Below are positions 1-12,290 of a stretch of 64,000 nt of DNA, piece by piece. Origin of the DNA: Anolis carolinensis (Eukaryota); assembly GCF_035594765.1 (NCBI RefSeq), contig NC_085846.1:40473190-40537189 (forward strand), in the 5' to 3' direction. Every line of letters begins with the position of its first letter. The stretch's first letter is position 1. A program made the position numbers and the translations under genes. Under the pieces are notes generated by a model. The model worked only from the letters and a program-made list of their open reading frames with translations. It made no database searches and had not been told where the DNA came from.

Positions 1-1157
1 GTTAGTACTGAGGTTAATGTGGTAGAAGTTATCCCTGTTTTAGAAGTGCAGACAAAAATATATTGTACAACAATTACAAAGAAACGAGAAAGTCCCAACA
101 AATGTTGCCTTGTCTCAGTTCAGAACATGTGGGGGCAGGAAGACCTGGAGGAGTCTGGAAGAAACAAGGCGAGTACAGGAAGTGCAAACAAGGCAAGAAA
201 GTAGAGAAGCAGGTGAGGGGTAAGGAGAAAGCAAGAACAGACATATGGAGTCAAAAGACATGAGGGTATTCACCCACCACAAGTGGGACCTAGTCCTTAG
301 AATAGCAGCTGCCCCCTCATTTTCCAAGCCTGCTAATTATCTTACTTCTTGGGGCAAAACTGGCCAGGAGTCTTCAGTTGGTTGTGAATGGGAAATACAG
401 TTCCAGGTGAGTCATCGGAGCAGCTGTACGTGAAGGCTGCATGTGAATATCCTTTATTTGCAGAAAAGGTAAGGCCAGCTGGCTGTTTCCAGAGGGTTAC
501 TGGAGGAAGGTGCATCCTGATCCTTTGCACGTTTCAGTGCTGATGTACTCTTTCGTAATGTTGCGTTTGTGTTTTTATAAGTTTTTTCAAGACACCACCC
601 TTCAATAATAATAATAATAAAAATCCCAGGGCAGTTGATGTAAAAAGAAAACACAAAACACAATTACAACACAAATGAAACAAATCCAAATAGTCATAAA
701 AGCACAAGACCCAGAAAGATTCAGGATCTTAACAGATAGATTTAAAAAATCACTCAAACTCTCTCTATATATATAAATCATAGGGGCGAGTAAGAAGTTT
801 ATTTGGCACATAAAAGATAGCAGAATAGATCCAAGGAGGCACTGTCGGGGGGAAAATACTCTGACTTGGCACCATTACTGAGAAGGCATTGTCATTGGAT
901 AACCACTGCCTCGCTTCATGTGAGAGGACATTCTATGAAAGAATGGACAAGCATATTCAGAGACAGGTGGTCCTTTCAGCAACCTGCTCCTAAGCCATGA
1001 CTGTTTTTAAGATTATTTTTATTAAGATTTCAGTAAAGGTAATGAAAGTAAAAAGTATCACATCTATAGTTCAGAATATCTATAATATTACATAAGTAGT
1101 TCATACTATTTCCCCACTGATTTAAAAAATAATTCTTTCCTACTCCCTTTATAGCTA

Positions 1158-2366
1158 TCTATACACATAATAAATGTGAAATATGTATGTGCGTATGTGC
1201 CAGGATGTCCACTTACACAGACAAGCTCCCACTTTCACAAACAGCTATAGCTCCCACTACTTAGGAGACACCAATGGCCCTCGCTCCAATGACATTGCAG
1301 GTTATAGCGAGAGCCATGAACATATACAAGAGCCCTACTAATGTCCTCCATAAACACCATACTACCCCCCGCCCAAGTGAAGGCACAGGGACAATTTCAT
1401 TCTCCATTTTGTTTTTTCCTCCACCACAGACATCTCAGTGTTTCTGACTCTCTCATTGGTGTGGAATTTACATGATCCCAACCACCGCCTCTCCCATAAC
1501 CCTTTCCTATTTTTTTTCTATGGGACACAGCAAACAGAGGAATTGATCAGCAACTGAACATATTAAAGAGGTTTGGGGAGAATTCGCCATGATTTAAAGG
1601 ACTTGTAGATACTGAGATGTATAGTTCACCTACAATCTAAGAGTACTCTGAACTCCACCAGTGATGGACCTGGAACTAGCTTGGCGCATAGAACCCGCAT
1701 GACTAATAAAAAATACTGGCGGTTTTTGGAAGGATGTATAGGAGTTGTAGTTCATCTACATCCAAAGTGCACTATAAACCCAAGTAGTGATTGATCTGGA
1801 CCAAACTTGACATGCATATCTGATATGTCCAAATTTGAATACAGGTGGGTTTTGAGGGGAATTGGCCTGGACATTTTAGAGTTGTAGGTACTGGGATTTA
1901 TAGTTCACGTGCAATCAATGAGCACTCTGAACTCCACCAAAGATGGAATTGGATCAAACTTTGCACACAGAGTCACAAAAATACTGGACGTCTCTGGGGA
2001 AAATTCACCTTGATTTGTGGGAGTTGTAGTTCACCTACATCCAGAGAGCACTGTGAACCCAAACACCAATGGATTTGGACCACACTTGGCACACATACCT
2101 GATATGCCGAAATTTGATTACTGGAGGGGTTTGGTGCGAACTGATTTTCCTTTCTGGAAGTTGTAGTTTACCCTACAGCCAAAGAGCACACTGAACCCCA
2201 ACGATGATGCATCCAAAGCAAACTTGCCCAACACAACACAACAAACTTTAAGTACTGGTTGAGTTTCTCGAGGTTAATCTGGCATGATGTCTGTTGTAGT
2301 TAATCCACAACCTTATGCATTTGACTTTTTAAAAATAACCCAGGCAATGCCGGATACCCAAGCTAG
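1158..2366 (+). mobile_element. Non-autonomous Helitron-like element with internal degenerate tandem array
   Basis: 5' TC, 3' GC-rich hairpin then CTAG, sits between A and T. Internal repeats of GAGTTGTAGTTCACCTACA...GGACCAAACTTG. Confidence 0.7.
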
Positions 2367-2759
2367 TAAGAAAATAAAAATGCAAGTAAAAACAAAGACA
2401 AATAAACACTGGAATTGCTAAATTGACTTTCCCCCTACCACGTTAAAGATATTTCCATAAAAACATTTATTTAGTAAACTCCTCACTATTATGTATAACT
2501 AAGAATTAATTTCTACCCTATAGTTGCATAATTATTTATTCTCAGTCTTCAAATCCTACAAGCATCTGTAAGTTTTCTCTCTTTTTTATGAAAGTCATAA
2601 AAGGTTCTCAGAATTTTGTGAATCTTAGTAGTGCTTTCACCTTTATCATAGAGGTTAATTTATCTGCCATGAAGGTTTAAAGGTCAAGATTAGCATCTTG
2701 GTCAGGAACTACTACAACTGATGTAATACTGGTACAACATGAGCATAATAGCCAGTTTC

Positions 2760-3700
2760 ATCTAGTTAATTATCTAACTACCCACTTTCTGAATGGTCTT
2801 TAAAGAAACTCCATGTAAAGTGCATTACAGTAATTTGATCTAGATGTGAATAGTTCCTGGATCACTAAGGTCAATCTACTGTCCAGCTAGGGATGTGGGT
2901 TCCAATAATCATCTTAGCTGGGGAAAAAAATACTCAATGCCATGGAAGGAACCTGTGTATCTCATGACTGAAATGTATTCAGGACACTTCAGGTTCAGAA
3001 CCTGTTTCTTCAAAAGAGTCCAACCAGATAAACCACCCTGCAACAGCAATTTAGTCTTATCTTGATTGAGCTTCAGTTTATTGGCATTCATCCAGTCTTT
3101 TTGCCCAGCCAGACACAGATATAACACCTTTGCTGATTCACCAGAATTTGATGAAAAGGAGAAATAGCATTGCATGTTAACAACACAATGGTGGCCACTC
3201 AGTCTAAACTCAAAACTTTGATGACCTCACTCAAAGGTTTCATGCAGCTTTCAACCAGAATAGAACATTCAGATCTCCACATATAAAATGCCAAGAACCA
3301 GTGGAAAAGCTAGCACTTGAAGAGAGATTGGAATGGATCTAGGAACTCAATTTTTTGTAAGAGCAATTGGAGATGTATCGCAACCATTCACTTGAATAAG
3401 CTGCCAAGAAAGAAGGCATTAGCACCACCAACTGATAATTTCTCAACTCTTCCAAGTCTTCAGGGATGTCGGTACAGCTGTTCATTTCAAGGCAGGATGG
3501 AATTATCATTCTTCTCCATCATGTTTGCCAGCATATGGATTTAAGTGACCAATCCCTGTTTGATGTAGCAAAGAAAGGTAGGCGCTGAATATACACAAAC
3601 TTGTTTCACAACTTTTGGTCTCAGCAATTTAAATTCATTCAACAACAGCAGGTCAAATGGAGCTCTGGGTACCTCCAAATAGTTGTGTCTAATCACTGTA
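2760..3700 (-). mobile_element. Decayed L2-clade LINE ORF2 fragments
   Basis: WMNANKLKLNQDKT and FLDPFQS motifs with stops and frameshifts; boundaries approximate. Confidence 0.7.
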
Positions 3701-3984
3701 TTTTCAACATATTTTCCATATAGGACAAGGTGACTGCGTCCTGACAGTTCCCTAACATCTCCACAAAGGCCAGATGGCAAAATGACCAAGGACACAATGG
3801 AGTGAGATAAAAAATGGAACATTGGTACTTTCCATGAATGTCTTTTTTCAACAGTAGACATAGGGTTCTAGGTTGTCTGTTCTCATCTGAGAAGCAAGAT
3901 CTATATTAATTAGTTTCTTTACCTGTTGGAGGGAGGCTCCCTGTCTAGTTACAGGCAAAATATCTGGAATAAAGGGAAACTAAA

Positions 3985-4412
3985 AAATGATTAAATGAAT
4001 TTGTCCAAAGGAAGGTGAAAAAGATGACCTGGAAACCAAAGCCTGTGATGGATGGCTTAGCAAGCTGGGTCTGTTCAGCTCAGAGGAGAGATATTTGAGA
4101 GATGATATCACAACAGTCTTCAAATATCTGAAAGGATGTCATGTAGAAAATGGGGAAAACATGTTTTCTACTACACTAGAGACTAGAACACAAACTAATT
4201 GATTCAAAGTACAATAAAAAGGTTAGCACTTTTAGGAAGAACTTCCCATTGGTAATAGACATTCAACAAGGAAATAGATTTCCTGAGACAGTGGTGGTCT
4301 TCCTTTGAAGTTTCAAAAAGAGGCTAGATAGCCATATTTTCAGGAGTGTATACTAGGAGTCAGGACTAGATGGGCCTTGTGGACCCTCCCAACTCCTTAA
4401 TGTTATGGTTTT
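3985..4412 (+). mobile_element. Old CR1 LINE 3' fragment
   Basis: Degraded ORF2 C-terminus and CR1 3' UTR GACTAGATGG...TCCCAACTC. Confidence 0.75.
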
Positions 4413-6098
4413 ATGGAATAAGATAAACATGAACATGAAAAACCCACAGACACAGCAAGAATAACCTACAAAGTTTGGATAGACTAGGGGATCCTCCACA
4501 TGCTCTTGAAGAACGCCCTTCACATAAAAAAAAAAATCACTGTTTTGTGTTCCAGTAATAGAGGAGATGCTCCTATTCAGGGATGTGTCATAGCAGTCAC
4601 TCCAGGCAGAGTCATGATGGGCAGTCATGGAACAATTTTCTGCAGAACATTTCTACCAAACACAACTTTTGCTGAAATATATTTGTCCATCTTATGATGG
4701 TATACTCTGGGTGGAAACCAAGGACCAAGTAGTGGCCCAGCAATTTCACCCTAGAAGCACAGCAGTTTTGAAGACAGTGGAGGTAGCCACTCCTGATGGA
4801 ATGGGTACTCTTGAAAAACAGCAGCTTCTTTAGTTATGCTGCAAAGGTCTGCTAGAGCGGCTGCTGCTATTTCACCAGATTTGTGACACTTTAGCTGTCC
4901 TGCCTGCTTCATGGCCCTCAGCTCCATAGAATACAGTATTAAGTCATTGATGGCTGGGTTGGGCTCTGTTCAGAGGGCACTTAGGAGTGAGCGTGTCAGC
5001 TATATGAGTCACCTCCATATTCCACAGTGAACAAAAGGAGCACCAGCCTAGCAAGATGGAAACTCCCCAAGGGTAATTCTAAGGACTCTATAAGACTCCT
5101 GGGGCGGATCATCCCACACTCTGCTACAGAAAGGAATAAATGCTACTAAGTCAAAGCCTCACCAGGAAGTGCTCTATCAGGCACTTCCAGATGAGCTTTC
5201 TGTCATGTAGTTGTCCTGTGTAATTCATAGAATTTTACACCATCTTCCACTTGTAACTCTCCAGTGTTCCCATTGCTGTACTACACCCCCCCCCCCCTTT
5301 TACCGGTTTCCATTTCAAATCTGTTCTAAGAGACACCATAACTCCACAATCTATAAGCACCTCATGGCGAGGGAGTGCAAAATCAGCACTCTTGGATCAC
5401 CAATCCTCTGCTGAGAAAACAAAGTTAAGAGTGTGACTTTAATATGGTCATTTTTATCAAATATGTTGATAGCCAACAGGAAGACAGATTATGAATCTTT
5501 TCATAAATGACTGTGAATACACAAATTACTGTGAGTTAACCAGTGATGCCTGGGGTTTTATCTGTTCAAAAGATTTATGAGACATTGTGTATATGACCTT
5601 AATGCTAAACACCTTTGTGGGGCATGGGGGGGGGGGGTGTAGCATATGCTGCATGATAGTGTGTTTGTTTATACACGTGTACATGCTATATACTGGTAAT
5701 TTTGTATATGCAAACATACATCCCAAAAGTATCCAACTGTTAATATAGTGCCTCTAGTTTCCAGTTATGTCTAAATGCACATAAATACTTACCTTGTGTT
5801 AGGCTCCCTGAATGTCAGTGGGAAGAGAGCCTCTGGCACAGCTGAACAAGAGTGGGAGTGAATTTGGCACGTCTCTATTTCCTATGTCCTGAGCTCAGCC
5901 AAATGCACCCAGCGGCTCTGAGATGCAGCTTGACCCTCTGTACCAAGGCAGAGGCTTAACTCTTGCTAAACCTTAACTCTAGTGGCTGGAGGAGTCAGAA
6001 CGTTGATATAAATCAGATGTACAATAATGAATATCTGGTGTTGATGCCAACTTGGGTCCTTAGTTATATCAACTATTGTGTTCCCCAACAGAACACTT

Positions 6099-6620
6099 AT
6101 CATAGAATCATAGAATAGTAGAGTTGGAAGAGACCTCATGGGCCATCCAGTCCAACCCCCTGCCAAGCAGGAAATCGCATTCAAAGCACCCCCGACAGAT
6201 GGCCATCCAGCCTCTGCTTAAAAGCCTCCAAGGAAGGAGCCTCCACCACAGTCCGGGGGAGAGAGTTCCACTGTCGAACAGCTCTCACAGTGAGGAAGTT
6301 CTTCCTGATGTTCAGGTGGAATCTCCTTTCCTGTAGTTTGAAGCCATTGTTCCATGTCCTAGTCTGCAGGGCAGCAGAAAATAAGCTTGCTCCCTCCTCC
6401 CTATGACTTCCCTTCACGTATTTGTACATGGCTATCATGTCTCCTCTCAGCCTTCTCTTCTGCAGGCTAAACATGCCAAGCTCTTTAAGCCGCTCCTCAT
6501 AGGGCTTGTTCTCCAGACCCTTAATCATTTTAGTCACCCTCCTCTGGACGCTTTCCAGCTTGTCAACATCTCCCTTCATCTGCGGTGCCCAGAATTGGAC
6601 ACAGTATTCCAGGTGAGAGT
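6099..6620 (-). mobile_element. Young 5'-truncated CR1 LINE
   Basis: Intact ORF2 C-terminus ([10 protein letters not shown]...[13 protein letters not shown]) and (ATTCTATG)n tail. Confidence 0.95.
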
Positions 6621-6716
6621 AACTCAAACTCATATTTTAAGAATGACTTAGACACTTTAATATTGGGTTTTTAAAACATATTTGAACCCTATGCCAAAAA
6701 ATTGTTTTAGTGTTTA

Positions 6717-6857
6717 CCCTGGTTGGTACTTGATAGGGAGACCACTAATGAAAAATTAGTGTCTGTAGGTTCTATTTCAGAGGAAGGGATTGCCAAAACC
6801 ATCTCTGAGTATTCCTTGCCTAAGAAAACCTTATAAAATTCATAGGACTACCATAAC
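6717..6857 (+). mobile_element. 5S rRNA-derived SINE fragment
   Basis: TGGTTGGTACTTGATAGGGAGACC resembles 5S box C; interrupted by the next CR1. Confidence 0.55.
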
Positions 6858-6860
6858 TAC

Positions 6861-7244
6861 CATGTTTAGCCTGCAGAAGAGAAGGCTGAGAGGAGACATG
6901 ATAGCCATGTACAAATATGTGAGGGGAAGTCATAGGGAGGAGGGAGCAAGCTTATTTTCTGCTGCCCTGCAGACTAGGACACGGAACAATGGCTTCAAAC
7001 TACAGGAAAGGAGATTCCACCTGAACATCAGGAAGAACTTCCTCACTGTGAGGGCTGTTCGGCAGTGGAACTCTCTCCCCCGGACTGTGGTGGAGGCTCC
7101 TTCTTTGGAGGCTTTTAAGCAGAGGCTGGATGGCCATCTGTCGGGGGTGCTTTGAATGCGATTTCCTGCTTCTTAGCGGGGGGTTGGACTAGATGGCCCT
7201 TGAGGTCTCTTCCAACTCTACTATTCTATGATTCTATGATTCTA
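6861..7244 (+). mobile_element. Young 5'-truncated CR1 LINE
   Basis: Near-identical to the copy at 6099-6476 but inverted; ATTCTATG tail. Confidence 0.95.
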
Positions 7245-9701
7245 AGTTAACCAACAACTTCCACATACACACAGTCATAAAGCTCACTTGTGTCTCAAAT
7301 GACTTCCGCTGCTGTCCAAAACCCTGATATCACATGAAAAACAATTTGTTCAGCTGATCCTATGGCATGTTTCCAGGGAGGTGCAGAGAGACATGATAAT
7401 TGCAAAGCAGAGACCCATAAAACCAGAGGAATAATCTTCCTAGGAAATGCTTTTCTTTCATCATTCCTTTCCAAGCCAAGTGCTCCGACTGGATCAATGC
7501 TCCCAAGGCATAGAGACTTCAGTGTAGCTTGGCCAGGGCAACATAACAAGGATTAGTCACTTTTTACCATTCTTTTAACAGACACTTCGTGCATTTTTTA
7601 AAATGCCAAGCAAGGATGGGATTTTCACAAGCGAGAGTTGAAAACAGATGTGACGCAGAAGATCCATGAGAGGATTTTGGAATGTTTTTTCCTGTTTAAA
7701 AGAAGCTACGCAGAAGCCTGATTGCAAATGAAACAGCAATGCAGAGAGGCGGCAATGTACGTGGCTCTTCTCCATGGTATTTTCTGGACTGAAAAGTGTT
7801 TCTGGAAGAGGTTTTTATTGTGTAGCCATCCTGCCTGAAACACATAATTTTATGGGGGAGACAGCAAGCAAGCATTGTCTTTCATTTGGAACTAGATGTG
7901 TGATGGCACAGAACCTACCCAGCCCCCCCCCCCCCCAAAAAAACCCTAGGAGCAAAGATTTGTTTTTTCCTGAAATGTTCTTTCACTACCATTTATAACT
8001 CTTATTTGTAATCCATCCACATTTCCCCAAAGATTTTGTCTTTTTTATTTCCACAAACATATTTTATTAAGGATGGAAAAACAGAAAAAATGCATTTTCT
8101 CCTCTCTAAAGCTGTCCATCTGCATTCTATGCTATCCTGTCCAAAGCTGCCATAAGACCTCTAGTGAGAGCAAAACCAGGGGCTTTCATAGCACTATGAT
8201 TCCACTTTAACCACAGTGGCAATATCCTATGGAATTTTTGACTTTGTAGTTTAGTAAGGCACTACAGCTCTCTAGCACAGGACTCTAAATACTGTTCCCT
8301 AGTACTATAATTATATACCTCCCAAATGTCCCATTTTAGAAGTGTCATTTTAATCTCCTCTTATCCCACATTTTCAGCTGCTTTAAAAAGGTTTGCTTTT
8401 CTCTCCTCCTTCCACTATTCTTTTGTCAGCTTACTTCAATTGCTGCCAGTTTGGTTCCAAGTGCAAAAACAGTTTGCACTCAGTTACTCAACAGTGGGAA
8501 GAGATGAAGGGGCAGAATCTTTCCAGTGATGTTGTTTGATTTTCATCTGTGAAATGCAGGAAAATATGTAATCATGTAAAGTGAAAAGGTATAGTTTTGT
8601 CTTTTGTGGACTCACAGATTTTGAAAATGGCACCGGGGTGGTGTTGGATAGGATTAAAGCTCACTGAAGGCCCACTGTTTCAAGAGAAGCACGAACTTCA
8701 GAAACTGCTTTAAAGCGAGCTCACACAAAAAGTAAAATAAAATGCTGGAATCTCCCTAGACATTTTAAAATTAGTCTGGAACACAGGACTGCACCAAGAA
8801 AGTACATTCCATCTCAAAACCACACTCTCCCACTTTCTGTTCTGCTTTAATAACATTCACATGTGGCGCAAAGAGGGAAACTCTAAATGCTATTTTTGGT
8901 AAGCTGCCCCTGCTCTATCTCTCTCCTGCTGCACAGTCCTGCCCTTAAGTTGGTATACATTTGCAGTTCATAGAAGACACAGTAACTTCAGAAACAGAGG
9001 AAATACTGACACTAAACTACACTTTGCAGGCAAATATGTGCAAATATTTGCAGCAAACTGCTGACCTTTTCAAAAACAGGATGCCAAAGAAAAAAGAAGA
9101 TGTGGTGAAAGACAAAATTTTCTCCCACATTTTTTTATTGAGTGGGGCAAAGAGACTTGCAGATAAAGATTCAGTGGTACCTCCACCAACTCATTCAAAT
9201 TACTATAAAGTCCATGACAGTACATTCCCAAAGGGCTTCACCATCCAGCACTGACAAACACCATAAGTCATCTTGTGCACAAAATATATGCTTTTTGGGG
9301 GGATTCAGGGAGTTGTAGTACAAAAGACTATTTTTCCCAAGCTTTGCAATTAAGGGGAATAGTTCGCGAACTTTTGAATGGGCCAAAAGCACATAATGTG
9401 CATTTCCTGTCTCCCTAGATGTTGTCAGTGGCTCACCCACACTATCTCCTCCCTGCAGTGTGTAATTCGGCCTTTGAACACGGAGATTCCACAGAGCTAT
9501 CATTACATCTAATAGTAGTTAATATACTTATCCTCCACACTCCAAATATTGTTTACAGCTTCCCTGGCATCACTGGGAAGAAACTGGCAAGTGGGAGTTC
9601 TGTGCTTCAGTTCTGCAATGGGAATACTGGGGCTGACACAGTTTTAACATAAAAGAGGACAGATCTTTGGCTAACCTAACCATTGTGTATTAGTGTGTCC
9701 T

Positions 9702-9921
9702 GGGCTGCATCTATACAGTAGAATTAATGCAGCTTGATACCATTGTAATGCCATGACTCAATGCTATGGAATCATGGGAGTCATACTTTCACAAGGTCTT
9801 TAGCACTATTTGGCAGAGGGCTGGCGCATCACCAAATGACAACTTCCACAATGCCATAGCATTGAGCCTTGACAGTTCACGTGGGGTCAACCTGCTTTAA
9901 TTCTACAGCACGGATGCCCCC
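9702..9921. mobile_element. Palindromic MITE (TGCATCTACAC-type ends); related copies near 17640-17848, 21470-21657, 53562-54543
   Basis: Imperfect long terminal inverted repeats; repeated in the window. Confidence 0.7.
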
Positions 9922-10284
9922 CAGGTTATGTGACAAGCAAAACCTGTTGAAATCCTTTCAAATATATAGCCATTCAAGGTACAGGTGACTTCTCCAGTTT
10001 TGAAACGGCAACCCTTGAGAGGAAGGACTTTATTCTGATGAGAGATCAGCAATCTTGGTGTAGTTCTCTAGAAAAAGTTTAATTCTATTTTAATATTTAT
10101 ATGCTATTGATTTTAAATTGTATTGTTTATTTATTGTTGTAAGCTATTTTTTGCCTTTACCACAGAGATAAAAGTGGGATAGAAATATAAAAATTATTAT
10201 GGTAGTTAGGTGCATTCATTCCATAATGAAGACCAAAACTTTTCAAACATCTCATGTTGGTGACATATTTTTAGACATGTATCA

Positions 10285-11025
10285 TTTTGTGACACAGACT
10301 AATCTTATCTCTTTTTTGAATAGAGTTACAAGCTTGGGAGATACAGGGAATGCTGTGGATAAAGCATATCTTGATTTCAGCAAGGCCTTCAACAAAGTCC
10401 CCCATGACCTTCTTGCAAGCAAACTAGTCAGATGTGGGCTGCGCAATGTTATTATTAGGTGGATCTGTAACTAGTTAAGCGACCAAACCCAAAGAATGCT
10501 CACCAATGGTTCCTCTTCATCCTGGAAGGAAGTGACTAGTGGAGTGCCACATAGTTCAGTCCTAGGTCTACTGCTGTTCAACATCTTATCATGCTTATCA
10601 TGTTTGCAGATGATACCAAATCAGGAGAGATAGGTAATACTGCAGAGGACAGGATCAGAATTCAAAATGACCATAATAAATTAGAGGGCTGGGCCAAAAT
10701 TAATAAAATGCATTTCAACAAGGACAACTGTAAGATACTACACCTGGGCAGAAAAAAATGAAATGCAAAGATACAGGATGGGTGATGCCTGGCTGGACAA
10801 TAGTCCATGCGAGAAAGATCTTGGAGTCTTTGTAGACAACAAGTTGAACATGAGCCTACAGTGTGATGCAGCAGCTTAAAAAGCCCAATTCTGGACACCA
10901 GTTCAAAAGAGATTATTAGCAAGCTGGAAGGTGTCCAGGCAACTAAAATGATCGAAGGTCTGGAGTTCAAAGCAGGTAATGTGGGATTTTATTCAGCTGT
11001 GTGGAAGGGACCTCTATGATTCTAT
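10285..11025 (+). mobile_element. CR1 LINE reverse-transcriptase fragment
   Basis: YLDFSKAFNKVPH and FADDTK motifs, with deletions. Confidence 0.9.
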
Positions 11026-11648
11026 GTGTCCGTATTTTATAAAGGATTGGTTAAACCTTTAGGCTAACCAGTCAAAATGAATAACCGTGGGCCCGTCTAC
11101 ATAGCCATATCACCCAGAATATCAAGGCAGAAAATCCCAGTGTTGTTGTTTATTCATTCAGTCACTTCCGACTCATGACCTCATGGGCCAGCCCTCATGA
11201 TCCCACAATATCTGCTTTGAAATGGGTTATCTGAGTCCACACTGCCATATTTTCCAGTTCAAAGCAGAGGTGGGATTTTATTCAGCTGTGTGGAAGAGGC
11301 CTCAGATAACCCAGTTCAAAGCAAATATTGTGGGTTATTGTGCCTTGACATTCTGGGTTATATGGCTGTGTGGAAGGGCCCTGAGTCATCTGAATCCACG
11401 CTGCCATCTATTCAAGTTCAAAGCAGATAATGTAGGTTATTCTGCCAAGACATACGGCGGTGTGGATGGGCCCTGAGTTATCTGAGTCCACACTGCAATC
11501 TATTCCAGTTCAAAGCAGATAATGTGGGTTATTCTGCCTTGATATACGGCGGTGTGGATGGGCCCTGAGTTATCTGAGTCCACACTGCCATATAGTCCAG
11601 TCCAAAGCAGATACTGTGGGATTTTATTCAGCTGTGTGGAAGGGGCCT
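10965..11648. repeat. Cluster of GGCCCTTCCACACAG-ended MITE units (Harbinger-like, inferred); also near 12986, 13655, 47841, 49842, 52050, 55597, 56051, 62050
   Basis: Recurrent unit CCAGTTCAAAGCAGATAATGTGGG...GCTGTGTGGAAGGGCC in tandem and inverted arrangement. Confidence 0.75.
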
Positions 11649-11739
11649 GTGTTACGAAATGGAGCGGGCCTAAAAAGTGTTGTTTTGAAAGCTCCCCCCT
11701 CCCCCCTAATTTCAGAGAATCCCAAAGTGTCCATACGCT

Positions 11740-12290
11740 TCCAGTTTCCCGAGCGCGCCCCCGCTTTCCTGCTTCGGGAACAGGCCTCACGCGGCGCCGT
11801 GGTTTCAAAGCGCTTTTGCGGCCTCCAGGCCCTTTCGGAGGCGTTTGGGGCAAAGGGCGGGAAGCAGGGCCTTTCCCCGCTTTCCCTCCCTCAGGCCTCG
11901 GGGCGCACGGGAAGCCGCCATCCACCACCCCCACCCCCCGCCCGGAAAAGGGCGGCTCCTGGCTTGGGCGGCCGGGACTAGGCCGCGCCCTCCGCTCCCT
12001 CCAGCCCGGCGGGGGCGAGGCCAAGCGAGCAGGCGCGGCGGGACTGAGGCGCTTCAGCCTCTCCTGAGCAGAAGAGACACACGCAGAGCGAGGGAGAGAA
12101 AGGGAGGCTTGCTAGTCCGGCTCCGGATGCCGTTTCCCGGCGGTTTGTGGTGGCTGCTGTGCTGCAGGCAAGGCTTCACGTTGCTGCGGCGGGACTATGG
12201 CGAGGCGGGCAGGGAGGAGGAGGAGGCCGCGGCGGAGGAGTCCTTCGAGCTGCGGAGCCCCGTCGTCGGAGAGGTAGGTGCAGGCCCGTG
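11740..12290 (+). promoter_or_regulatory. CpG island / PLEKHH3 promoter and 5' UTR
   Basis: Sharp rise in GC and CpG with several GGGCGG boxes directly upstream of the ATG at 12127. Confidence 0.8.
12127..12273 (+). CDS. PLEKHH3: PLEKHH3 exon 1
   Basis: [13 protein letters not shown]...[12 protein letters not shown], donor GTAGGT; 147 nt; inside a CpG island. Confidence 0.92.

Noticed and set aside
1590-2300. Regularly spaced repeats as a CRISPR array
   Set aside because: Eukaryotic context; the units are degenerate with related spacers, inside a Helitron-like element.
6181-7155. 150 aa and 121 aa ORFs as host genes
   Set aside because: They are CR1 ORF2 C-terminal fragments.
1-10200. CCR10 or other exons expected by synteny upstream of PLEKHH3
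   Set aside because: No GPCR-like ORF or convincing exon seen; mostly repeats and unique non-coding DNA.
11500-12067. 171-174 aa ORFs on both strands
   Set aside because: Stop-poor GC-rich promoter plus MITE sequence; no recognisable protein.
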